Shown: positions 18,340-26,227 of the stretch, piece by piece | How the letters are laid out: each line of letters begins with the position of its first letter | How positions within the stretch are numbered: position 1 is the stretch's first letter | Assembly (NCBI GenBank): GCA_963729895.1 | Contig: CAVSQB010000023.1 | Coordinates: 7,594 to 71,593 of the forward strand | Source: an uncultured Fibrobacterota bacterium | Lineage (GTDB): Bacteria > Fibrobacterota > Chitinivibrionia > Chitinivibrionales > FEN-1185 | Length of the DNA: 64,000 nt | Reading direction: 5' to 3' | Program-made: the position numbers and the translations under genes | The notes under the pieces: generated by a model | Database searches by the model: none | Told to the model about the DNA's origin: nothing | Seen by the model: the letters and a program-made list of their open reading frames with translations, nothing else

Positions 18340-19530
18340 ATGAAATATGCGATTCTGGTCGGCGACGGGATGGCGGACTTCCCTCTTCCCGAGCTTGACA
18401 ACCGCACACCGCTCGGCTACGCGGCCACGCCGAACATGGATACGGTCGCCCGGGAGGGCCGAGTCGGGCTTGTCAAGACCATACCCGACGGGCTTCCTCC
18501 GGGCAGCGACGTGGCGAACATGTCGCTCATGGGATACGACCCGGCGGCCTACTATTCCGGCCGCGCGCCCATCGAGGCGGCGAGCATGGGGATTGAACTG
18601 AAAAAGACCGACACGGCCTTCAGGTGTAATCTGGTGACGATCGAAAAAGGCGTCATGGCCGACTATTCGGCAGGCCACATCGAAACGTCCGACGCGCACG
18701 AGATCATCGCCGCATTACAGGGTGAACTCGGAACCCGGGACCTGCGGTTTTACCCGGGCGTGAGCTACCGCCATATCACCGTGATCGCGGAATTCCCCTC
18801 GGGAAAGCTCGACTGCACTCCGCCGCACGATATTTCCGGCAGGGCGGTCGCCGGCAGCCTCCCCTCGGGAAAGGGCCAGGACATTGTCCGGCAGCTCATG
18901 GAACGGGCGCGGCCGGTGCTCGATTCCTGTGCTGTCAACAAGCGCCGCACAGCGCAGGGCAAGAAACCCGCAACCGACATCTGGCTCTGGGGCCAGGGCA
19001 AAGCGATTGTGCTTCCCACCATGAAAGAGCGGTTTTCGATTACCGGTTCCGTGGTCTCCGCCGTGGACCTGGTACGCGGTATCGGCGTGCTTGCAGGGCT
19101 CAACGTGCGGATCGTTGAAGGCGCAACGGGCTACCTGGGGACCAACTATGCAGGCAAGATTTCCGCGGCGCACGATGCGCTGTGCAACGAGGACTTTGTG
19201 TTTGTCCACGTGGAAGCGCCCGACGAAACATCGCATGAAGGCTCGCTCCAAAAGAAGATCCAGGCAATCGAAGAATTCGACAAGAATATCGTAGGAGAAA
19301 TGGTCGCAATGCGCGGTGAATTCACGGACCTGCGCATCATGGTCCTGCCCGATCACGCCACTCCCGTGCCGCTCAAGACCCATCATGCCGCGCCTGTGCC
19401 CTTTGCCGTCTGCGGGGCCGGGGTCGATGCCGACGGCAGTCTTTCCTATTGCGAAAAATCGGCGCAGGGGAAAAAGATGTATACGGGCGTGACGCTGTTT
19501 GAGACGTTTATTAAGGGCAAATTCGAATAA
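18340..19530 (+). CDS. ApgM-like metalloenzyme (cofactor-independent phosphoglycerate mutase family); likely the 'proposed homoserine kinase' type
   Basis: MKYAILVGDGMADFP... is a typical ApgM-family N-terminus and metal site. It is the next gene after hom-thrC, and no canonical thrB is present in the block. The ATG at 18340 is preferred over the TTG at 18331. Confidence 0.7.
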   Translation: MKYAILVGDGMADFPLPELDNRTPLGYAATPNMDTVAREGRVGLVKTIPDGLPPGSDVANMSLMGYDPAAYYSGRAPIEAASMGIELKKTDTAFRCNLVTIEKGVMADYSAGHIETSDAHEIIAALQGELGTRDLRFYPGVSYRHITVIAEFPSGKLDCTPPHDISGRAVAGSLPSGKGQDIVRQLMERARPVLDSCAVNKRRTAQGKKPATDIWLWGQGKAIVLPTMKERFSITGSVVSAVDLVRGIGVLAGLNVRIVEGATGYLGTNYAGKISAAHDALCNEDFVFVHVEAPDETSHEGSLQKKIQAIEEFDKNIVGEMVAMRGEFTDLRIMVLPDHATPVPLKTHHAAPVPFAVCGAGVDADGSLSYCEKSAQGKKMYTGVTLFETFIKGKFE

Positions 19531-19548
19531 TAATAATACAATATCCTG

Positions 19549-19877
19549 GCGGGGGAAGTATCCCCCTCGCTCCGGCCGCCTCGGCCTTCGGCCTGCGGTG
19601 TCCTCCGCTACCCCCTCCTGGGTGCACCCCAAGTGGAAGTAGTTGCAAGAATCAAGCACCTGCGCGGGGGCACCCACGGAGAGAAAGTGACTGCAGAAAG
19701 CCGTTAAATGCACGAGTCAGAGTTTCTTAAATTGAGTTTTGCGTTAGGCAAGACTGGAGGGTGCGCTAGAGCGCATTGCCGGTCGACCCCGCCGAAGGCA
19801 TAGGGGCGATCCGGCAACGAGGCCAAAGGGCCGAGCCCGAAAGGATGGCCGCCATCGGCTTCAGCCGGTGGAACGCC
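19549..19877 (+). repeat. intergenic structured repeat, copy C (uninterrupted reference copy, ~330 nt)
   Basis: Fills the whole spacer between the ApgM-like gene and the sugar transferase gene. It contains the 5' hairpin module, a central GGGTGCACCCC...GGGGGCACCC helix, and the 137-nt 3' module (19741-19877). Confidence 0.75.
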
Positions 19878-19906
19878 CGTTTTACCTCACAATCAAGAAT
19901 CTAGCT

Positions 19907-21352
19907 ATGGTTGTACGATTCATCGAAAAAGCCCTTACCTTCCTCATCGACATCATTGCGTTCAACGTCGCGTTTGGAACCGCGTTCTGGATCCGCTACA
20001 AGAGCAATTTCTTTCCCGAAAGCTTCAACTCCGAGATCGAATTCTCGTCGTATATCATTTTGTCAATCATCGTCGCGGGCTGCTGGGTGCTCATGTTCTT
20101 TTTTACCGGCCTGTACCGCGATTGGTACAAGGAATCAAGGCTCGACGAATTCTTTGTGGTCGTGCGCACCATTCTCATCGGCATCTTCCTGCTGTTCCTT
20201 ATAACGAGCGCCTCGCAGATCATCGATTTCGCCACAAGCGGCAACATTGAACTCGTCTTGACAAGAACAAAATTCGCCGTGCTTGTCACCTATGCCGCGT
20301 GCCTCGTGTTCTTTACCACTGCCGACCGGTTTCTCATGCACAGCCTGCTGTCGTTTCTCTTTGTGCGCGGCATCGGCGTGAGCAAGGTACTTATTATCGG
20401 CGCCCAGGAACCGGGGATGCAGCTGCTCGACGAGCTCAAGCATTATCCCCAGCTCGGGTACCAGGTAAAGGGCTTCATCGACGACAACGGCAAGCTCACG
20501 GGCACGATATGCAACGGCCTGCCCGTCCTGGGCACGTACTCCGACCTGCCTGCCGTCGTCAAGAAGGAGCGAATCACCGGACTCATTGTGTCGCATGTGT
20601 CGGGATCCGCCAACGAGATTCTCAAAATCGTCAATTACTGCGGAGACCTGCGGCTCACCATCTATATGGTGCCGTCACTCATGGACGTCATATCCGGCCA
20701 CCTCAAGACGCATCAGATATTCGGCGTGCCGCTCATGATCCTGCTGCAAGACCACCTGCCGGCCTGGGAGGCGCAAATCAAGCGCATTATCGACATCGTG
20801 GTGTCCACGGTGGTGCTCGTTCTGGGCTCCCCCGTGTGGTTTGCCATCGCAGCGATCATCAGGCTCACCTCGCCGGGCAAGGCGATTTACAACCAGGAAC
20901 GCGTGGGCCAGAACGGCAAGCCGTTTATCATGCATAAATTCCGCTCCATGTACAACGACGCGGAAAAGCACTCGGGCCCCACGTGGGCCACAAAAAAAGA
21001 CCCTCGCATTACGCCCATCGGCAGGTTTCTGCGCACGACGCGGCTCGATGAGATTCCGCAGTTCATCAACGTGCTGAAAGGAGAAATGAGCCTTGTGGGC
21101 CCGAGGCCGGAACGCGCGTTCTTCATCCAGCAGCTCAAGCAGGAGATCCCCTGGTATGCGCGCCGCATCAAGATGAAGCCCGGCATCACGGGGTGGGCGC
21201 AGGTGAAGCACAAATACGATGCGTCAATTGAGGATGTCAAGCAGAAGGTGATGTACGATCTGTACTATTTCGAAAACATGTCCCTCATGCTCGACCTCAA
21301 GATCATGCTGCACACGATTCTTGTGGTGTTTACGGGCAAAGGGGCTCACTAA
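19907..21352 (+). CDS. undecaprenyl-phosphate sugar phosphotransferase (WbaP/EPS priming glycosyltransferase)
   Basis: Four to five N-terminal TM segments, a central Rossmann-like region, and a C-terminal bacterial sugar transferase domain (HKFRSM...DEIPQFINVLKGEMSLVGPRP). The ATG at 19907 is preferred, because the GTG at 19868 lies inside the repeat. Confidence 0.85.
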   Translation: MVVRFIEKALTFLIDIIAFNVAFGTAFWIRYKSNFFPESFNSEIEFSSYIILSIIVAGCWVLMFFFTGLYRDWYKESRLDEFFVVVRTILIGIFLLFLITSASQIIDFATSGNIELVLTRTKFAVLVTYAACLVFFTTADRFLMHSLLSFLFVRGIGVSKVLIIGAQEPGMQLLDELKHYPQLGYQVKGFIDDNGKLTGTICNGLPVLGTYSDLPAVVKKERITGLIVSHVSGSANEILKIVNYCGDLRLTIYMVPSLMDVISGHLKTHQIFGVPLMILLQDHLPAWEAQIKRIIDIVVSTVVLVLGSPVWFAIAAIIRLTSPGKAIYNQERVGQNGKPFIMHKFRSMYNDAEKHSGPTWATKKDPRITPIGRFLRTTRLDEIPQFINVLKGEMSLVGPRPERAFFIQQLKQEIPWYARRIKMKPGITGWAQVKHKYDASIEDVKQKVMYDLYYFENMSLMLDLKIMLHTILVVFTGKGAH

Positions 21353-21359
21353 AAAAATG

Positions 21360-21408
21360 GTTGGAGCGTTCGAGCGTTGAGGTGTCTTCAACGCTCGAAC
21401 GCTCCAAC
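21360..21408. terminator. perfect 21-bp-stem hairpin (7-nt loop) between the sugar transferase gene and nikR
   Basis: GTTGGAGCGTTCGAGCGTTGA-GGTGTCT-TCAACGCTCGAACGCTCCAAC. An A7 run precedes it on the plus strand, which reads as a T7 run following the hairpin on the minus strand. Confidence 0.5.
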
Positions 21409-21441
21409 GCACAAACACTCCAACCTTTTCAGGTATTCTTC

Positions 21442-21858
21442 ATGAGTAACCTCTATCGATTCGGCATTTCGCTCGAAAAGAGTCTTATCGACGAGTTCGA
21501 CAGCCATATTCAGGGCCTCAACTACAAGAACCGCTCCGAGGCCATCCGCGACCTCATCCGCGAAGACCTTGTCAAGAAGCAATGGCTGTGCGGCAACGAG
21601 GTGGCGGGCGCCGTCACCATGAGCTACGATCATCACAAGCGCGAGCTTGTCAACAAGCTCATGGACATCCAGCACGATTTCCAATCGCTCATTATCTCGA
21701 GCCAGCATGTCCACATCGATCACCACAACTGCCTGGAGATTATCGCGGTAAAGGGCAAGGCCCGCGAGGTTGAAAAACTGGCGAGCTTGCTCAAGGCGCA
21801 GAAAGGCGTGAAGCATGTGGCGTTGTCGATGTCGACAACGGGCGAAGGATTGCGATGA
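21442..21858 (+). CDS. nikR: nickel-responsive transcriptional regulator NikR
   Basis: Ribbon-helix-helix N-terminus (YRFGISLEKSLIDEFD) and a C-terminal metal site with H-x-H-x5-C spacing (HVHIDHHNC). Confidence 0.85.
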   Translation: MSNLYRFGISLEKSLIDEFDSHIQGLNYKNRSEAIRDLIREDLVKKQWLCGNEVAGAVTMSYDHHKRELVNKLMDIQHDFQSLIISSQHVHIDHHNCLEIIAVKGKAREVEKLASLLKAQKGVKHVALSMSTTGEGLR

Positions 21859-21919
21859 CCGGGGTCGGACTGATACGGAATATCCGGGAATTCCATTTTC
21901 GATAAGGAGGGCAACCGGA

Positions 21920-22744
21920 ATGAACAAGGCATCCCCTGCGCGGTCAACAATGCCCGTCCTCTTCCTCGGCCACGGCAGCCCCATGAATGCCATCGAGGAC
22001 AACGAATTCTCCCGCGGCTGGCGGAACATCGCCCAAACTATCCCCAGACCAAAAGCAATCCTGTGCATCTCCGCGCACTGGGAAACGTGGGGCGCGCTGG
22101 TTACGGCAATGGACAAGCCCCGCACCATTCACGATTTCGGCGGATTTCCCCGCGAGCTGTACGAAGTGCAGTATCCGGCTCCGGGAAGTAAATGGCTGGC
22201 GCAGGAGGTCGCCAACGCAGCGGCAAAATCAGACGTGACGTTCGATGAAGAATGGGGCCTGGACCACGGGTGCTGGAGCGTGATTTCCCGTATGTACCCG
22301 GAGGCGGACGTGCCCGTGGCGCAACTGAGCCTTGACGCGGCACGGTCTGCGCAGGAGCACTACGATCTGGCACGCCGGCTTGCACCGCTGCGGGAAAAAG
22401 GAGTGCTCATCGTGGGCAGCGGGAATATGGTGCACAACCTCGGGCTTGTCGAATTTCGCGGAAACGGGCCGGAAGCTTTTAACAGGCCGTTCGGCTTCGA
22501 CTGGGCCATGCAGGCCAACGACCTGTTCAAACAGTTGATAAACGATAACCAGCACGACAGGCTCATCGGATACCGGGCGCTCGGCGAATCCGTCAGGCGT
22601 GCGGTGCCCACGCCGGAACATTACCTGCCCATGCTCTATGCGATCGCTCTAAAACGGACGGACGAATCCGTTGCCTATTTCAACGACAAACCCGTTGCGG
22701 GGTCGCTCACCATGACGTCGTTTGTTGTTGACAAAACGGCATAA
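21920..22744 (+). CDS. ygiD: 4,5-DOPA dioxygenase extradiol-like (YgiD family)
   Basis: Has PVLFLGHGSPMNA, HWET and DHGCWSV motifs of class III extradiol dioxygenases. An AAGGAGG ribosome-binding site lies upstream of the ATG at 21920. Confidence 0.8.
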   Translation: MNKASPARSTMPVLFLGHGSPMNAIEDNEFSRGWRNIAQTIPRPKAILCISAHWETWGALVTAMDKPRTIHDFGGFPRELYEVQYPAPGSKWLAQEVANAAAKSDVTFDEEWGLDHGCWSVISRMYPEADVPVAQLSLDAARSAQEHYDLARRLAPLREKGVLIVGSGNMVHNLGLVEFRGNGPEAFNRPFGFDWAMQANDLFKQLINDNQHDRLIGYRALGESVRRAVPTPEHYLPMLYAIALKRTDESVAYFNDKPVAGSLTMTSFVVDKTA

Positions 22745-22771
22745 CCCCGCTCTCCCGCGCAACAGCCCGGA

Positions 22772-23479
22772 TCATTTTCCCACCGTGCAGTCAATCGTGG
22801 CATTCTGTTTGTCCGGATCGTTTGTTGTGATCACAAGCTTGCCCGAAAGCGGCCCGGCAAGGCCGGGCGCCCTCATCTCAAGCTTATACACGCGAAAACC
22901 GTCCCTGCGAACCGAATCCGTCGGCGTCCAGGTGAACGGAACGGTAACGGGCGCGTTGGACTCCCAGAACTGGGCGGCGCCGGCCTGCGGCACCTGCAGA
23001 ACCACCTGATAGACGCGAAGGTCTTTCTTCTCGCATGCAAGATACACCGTGCCAGGTTTCGAAGCGGAAAGCGACAGGGTTTGTGGCGAAATGTCAATGA
23101 CCGGACTGATGGTTGCGGTGATCGTGAGTTTCAGGGAGGGTGAATTTACCGCATTCGAAGACACGGTTATGAATTTGGAAAGCGGGCCGGAATGGAAGCC
23201 CGCAATGTTTACCGTTGATTGAATGGCGCCGGATTTGCCCGCCGGAACAAGGGTGTCGTACGTGGCTACCGTGCAGCCGCAGCCGGGACGCACGCTGTTG
23301 ATCTTAAGCGGTTCGTCGCCGGTGTTCCTGATGGTGAACAACGCCTTGATCTGGTCGGTTTTCCACTCCACAACGGTTCCGCAGTCGATAGTTGTTTTGT
23401 CTACTTCGATCTTCGGGGCGGCGTGGATGGCTGCGCCGCCGCACAGTGAAAGCACAAGAATTGCTTTGGAGAAACGCAT
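22772..23479 (-). CDS. DUF1573-type secreted protein
   Basis: Signal peptide (MRFSKAILVLSLCGGAAIHA), followed by the DUF1573 signature (FTIRNTGDEPLKINSVRPGCGCT). The start is taken at the internal Met at 23479. Confidence 0.7.
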   Translation of the reverse strand: MRFSKAILVLSLCGGAAIHAAPKIEVDKTTIDCGTVVEWKTDQIKALFTIRNTGDEPLKINSVRPGCGCTVATYDTLVPAGKSGAIQSTVNIAGFHSGPLSKFITVSSNAVNSPSLKLTITATISPVIDISPQTLSLSASKPGTVYLACEKKDLRVYQVVLQVPQAGAAQFWESNAPVTVPFTWTPTDSVRRDGFRVYKLEMRAPGLAGPLSGKLVITTNDPDKQNATIDCTVGK

Positions 23480-23603
23480 TGACAATGTCCTTTCTTTCGC
23501 CGGAGATCTGCGCCGCAAACGTTCTATAAGATACTCCCTGCAGAAATCCTCAGTGATCGACGACTTTTCTTGCCTCGAACGCGCACGCCAAGGCGACCGC
23601 GAT

Positions 23604-24545
23604 CTACTGCTCAGCATGCGCTTTGCGCCAATTGCGGACGTTGGAGAGGCCCACGACCGCCGAGGGGCTGCCGTTCTTCGCGGCCAACGAAAAGAACTGT
23701 TCCGCTTCATCAATGCGCTGGCGATCAAAGGCGATGCTGCCGGCAAGCACTGCCATATCCGCAAAGTTCGGGAAACGCTTCATGCCGTCACGGCAGGTCT
23801 CAAGCGCCACGAGCTGGTTACCTGATTGTTGCTGAAGCAATGCGATGCGATAGAGGGTCCATTGTTTAGTTTTGTCAAGATCAAAGGCCATGGTGAGATA
23901 AGAAATGGAGCGGGGAATATCCCCCGCCTTTTCGTACAAGTCTGCAAGCAACAAATCAACATACAGGGTGTTCTTGCCGTCCAGCGGAAATGATTCGAGC
24001 CATTTGATTGCTTCGTCCGCATCCCCCATGTCGCGATACATTTCCCCAAGAGCGATGTAGGCCTCCTCGACTTGAGGATAAAGCCTGATTATGTTTTCAA
24101 AGGCTGCCACTGCCTTGGCAATCGCGCCCACCCGGCGCAGTGTGGCGGCTTGGATCAGAAGCGCCTTTTGGTGCGTCGGATCAAGTTCGAGCGCGCGTTT
24201 TATCGATGCAAGGCATCGGCCGAGGTCGTTGAGCTGGTAATAGCACACGGCAAGGTTGAAATTGGCCTTGAAGAAATCAGGCGCGTTCCGGATGCATGCG
24301 CGATAGTAAACGACCGCCTCTGCAAGGCTGTCGAGTTGGAAGTACGCATTGGCCATATTGTAGTAGCACAGGGCAGGCGTCTCGCCTTCGTCAGCTGCCT
24401 TATGGAATAATTTGATCGCTTGGCGGAAATTCCCGGCGTTGTAGGCCTCATCGGCCTGGGAAAGCGAGGTCGTGGCGACAGGCATTGCCGTTGCAATGAG
24501 CATCAGGACGAGGAAAATCGTTTTTTTCATGACAAGCAAAGTCAC
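23604..24545 (-). CDS. TPR-repeat protein (TtpD-like position in the TonB cluster)
   Basis: Signal peptide plus about 7 TPR units (AYNAGNF..A...F..A). It lies immediately downstream of tonB and overlaps it by 4 nt. Confidence 0.7.
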   Translation of the reverse strand: MTLLVMKKTIFLVLMLIATAMPVATTSLSQADEAYNAGNFRQAIKLFHKAADEGETPALCYYNMANAYFQLDSLAEAVVYYRACIRNAPDFFKANFNLAVCYYQLNDLGRCLASIKRALELDPTHQKALLIQAATLRRVGAIAKAVAAFENIIRLYPQVEEAYIALGEMYRDMGDADEAIKWLESFPLDGKNTLYVDLLLADLYEKAGDIPRSISYLTMAFDLDKTKQWTLYRIALLQQQSGNQLVALETCRDGMKRFPNFADMAVLAGSIAFDRQRIDEAEQFFSLAAKNGSPSAVVGLSNVRNWRKAHAEQ

Positions 24546-25180
24546 TGATCAAGATTGAAGTGGATTACTTGACGGAACCGCTGGTTGACCGGAATCCCCT
24601 TGTTCTTTGCCGGTTTGAAACGCCACAGCGCCACGCCTCGCTTGACTTCTGCCGTAAACAGGGGCGATGGCGATTTTGTGACCTCGATAGTAGTTGTTTT
24701 TCCCTCATGTGTAACAACGAATTCCACTTCGACCGAGCCTTTGATCCCCTGCTCGGCCGCGCGTTCGGGATACGGGATGGGCGGGGTGTACTCCGGCGAT
24801 GCGTCCTGGTCGACCTGGCCCTGCTCAAACACTTCGGCGGAAAGTTCCTGCTTCTGCAGCGCCACACCCGTTCCACCTTCCCCCGAAGCGTCCACGGTCA
24901 GGTCCGGCGTGAAACGCATGTTCATCTGGTTCTCAAGGGACTTTCCCTGGTTCGTCGGCGTTTGTACTTGGCGGATGCGCTGTTGCACCAGCTTTTTCTC
25001 CTCAGGAGGCTTGCGGACGATGTCCAATGCCGAAATCCTGCGCGGCTGCTGCTTGTCCGACTTGGAACCAAGACCCACTGCGGCATGCAGCAGCGAAACT
25101 CCGGTGAACAGAACAAAACTCACCACGACGGCAAGCGCCAGACGCCCGATCCACAGTGACCAATAGGAAACAATATTCAT
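24542..25180 (-). CDS. tonB: energy transducer TonB
   Basis: N-terminal TM anchor, a Pro/Lys/Glu-rich linker, and a C-terminal TonB domain (PPIPYPERAAEQGIKGSVEVEFVV...G). Confidence 0.85.
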   Translation of the reverse strand: MNIVSYWSLWIGRLALAVVVSFVLFTGVSLLHAAVGLGSKSDKQQPRRISALDIVRKPPEEKKLVQQRIRQVQTPTNQGKSLENQMNMRFTPDLTVDASGEGGTGVALQKQELSAEVFEQGQVDQDASPEYTPPIPYPERAAEQGIKGSVEVEFVVTHEGKTTTIEVTKSPSPLFTAEVKRGVALWRFKPAKNKGIPVNQRFRQVIHFNLDQ

Positions 25181-25186
25181 GTGGCA

Positions 25187-26224
25187 TCAGTCCTTGCTTG
25201 CCGCGATTGATATCTTCTGCACACCCGCAAGAGTGCATTGGTCGATTACCTCGACCGTCCTGCCGACCGATCCGTCCCGGTCAGACACGATCACCACCGA
25301 AATATCTGGCTGTTTGCCGACCTCCTGCTCCACAAGCGTGCGAATGCGTTCGACCGTGGTCTGGCGTCCGTAAATGTGCACCGTGCCTTCACGGGTGATT
25401 CCGATAAGTATCGCCTTCTGCCCGGCAGGACGCGCACTCTGCGCCTTGGGCTTTGAAACGTCCACGCCGGTCTCCACATACAGGTTTGCAGTGACCACGA
25501 AGAAGATCAATAAAATCATGATCGTGTCGACAAAGGGCGCAAGGTTGATTTCAGGGTTCTGGTGTTCCTCCTGGAACGGGTTGTTGATGGGACGCATCGA
25601 TCCTCCTTTGGAAGGTTCGGCCTTTGCCTCTGGACGGCCGCGCAGAAGTTTACTTAATAGTATGTCCCGGTCTTCGCGAAGGCCGGCAATAAGCTTTTCT
25701 TTTGCGGTATTGAGATAATTCAGGAACAAAAGCGACGACACGGCCACTGCCAGACCGGTCAGCGTGGCCTCGAGCGCCATGGAAATACCGTTGGCCATGA
25801 TTGTCGGATTGCCGAAACCAAACTCGCCGATAATGGCGAACATGCTGTTCATACCGGTGATGGTACCGAGCAGGCCCAAAAGCGGCGCCATAACGATGCA
25901 GGCGGTGATGGTGGAAAAACCGCGGTCGAGCCGGGGCTTTATTTGGATTAAGAGCTCTTCGAACGTGCGTTCCGCCTGCTCCGGTTTGATCCCCGGGCTT
26001 AGCATCCGCTTGACAAAAACGTCAAAGGCGGAGTAGCCTGTGCGCGTCGTCGGTCCCGCCTCTCGGGTCACGAGTATGGCGTGAACCCGTGTGCGCGCCT
26101 TACGCAGCTGCGCGAAGCGGACCAGCTTTCCGAATACGATATGCCACACCACGACCGATACGGCAAAAATGGGAAACAGCACCCATCCGCCTTCATAAAA
26201 GAGCTTCAAAAACGGTGTGAACAC
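25187..26224 (-). CDS. ExbB-ExbD in-frame fusion protein
   Basis: Residues 1-195 form a MotA/TolQ/ExbB channel domain (APLLGLLGTITGM). Residues 210-345 form a complete ExbD (MRPINN...EINLAPFVDTIMILLIFFVV, C-terminal periplasmic domain). No stop codon separates them. Confidence 0.8.
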   Translation of the reverse strand: MFTPFLKLFYEGGWVLFPIFAVSVVVWHIVFGKLVRFAQLRKARTRVHAILVTREAGPTTRTGYSAFDVFVKRMLSPGIKPEQAERTFEELLIQIKPRLDRGFSTITACIVMAPLLGLLGTITGMNSMFAIIGEFGFGNPTIMANGISMALEATLTGLAVAVSSLLFLNYLNTAKEKLIAGLREDRDILLSKLLRGRPEAKAEPSKGGSMRPINNPFQEEHQNPEINLAPFVDTIMILLIFFVVTANLYVETGVDVSKPKAQSARPAGQKAILIGITREGTVHIYGRQTTVERIRTLVEQEVGKQPDISVVIVSDRDGSVGRTVEVIDQCTLAGVQKISIAASKD

Positions 26225-26227
26225 TTC

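Noticed and set aside
18715-19713. 332-aa minus-strand ORF
   Set aside because: It is antisense to the ApgM-like gene and runs into the intergenic repeat. It has no recognisable domain.
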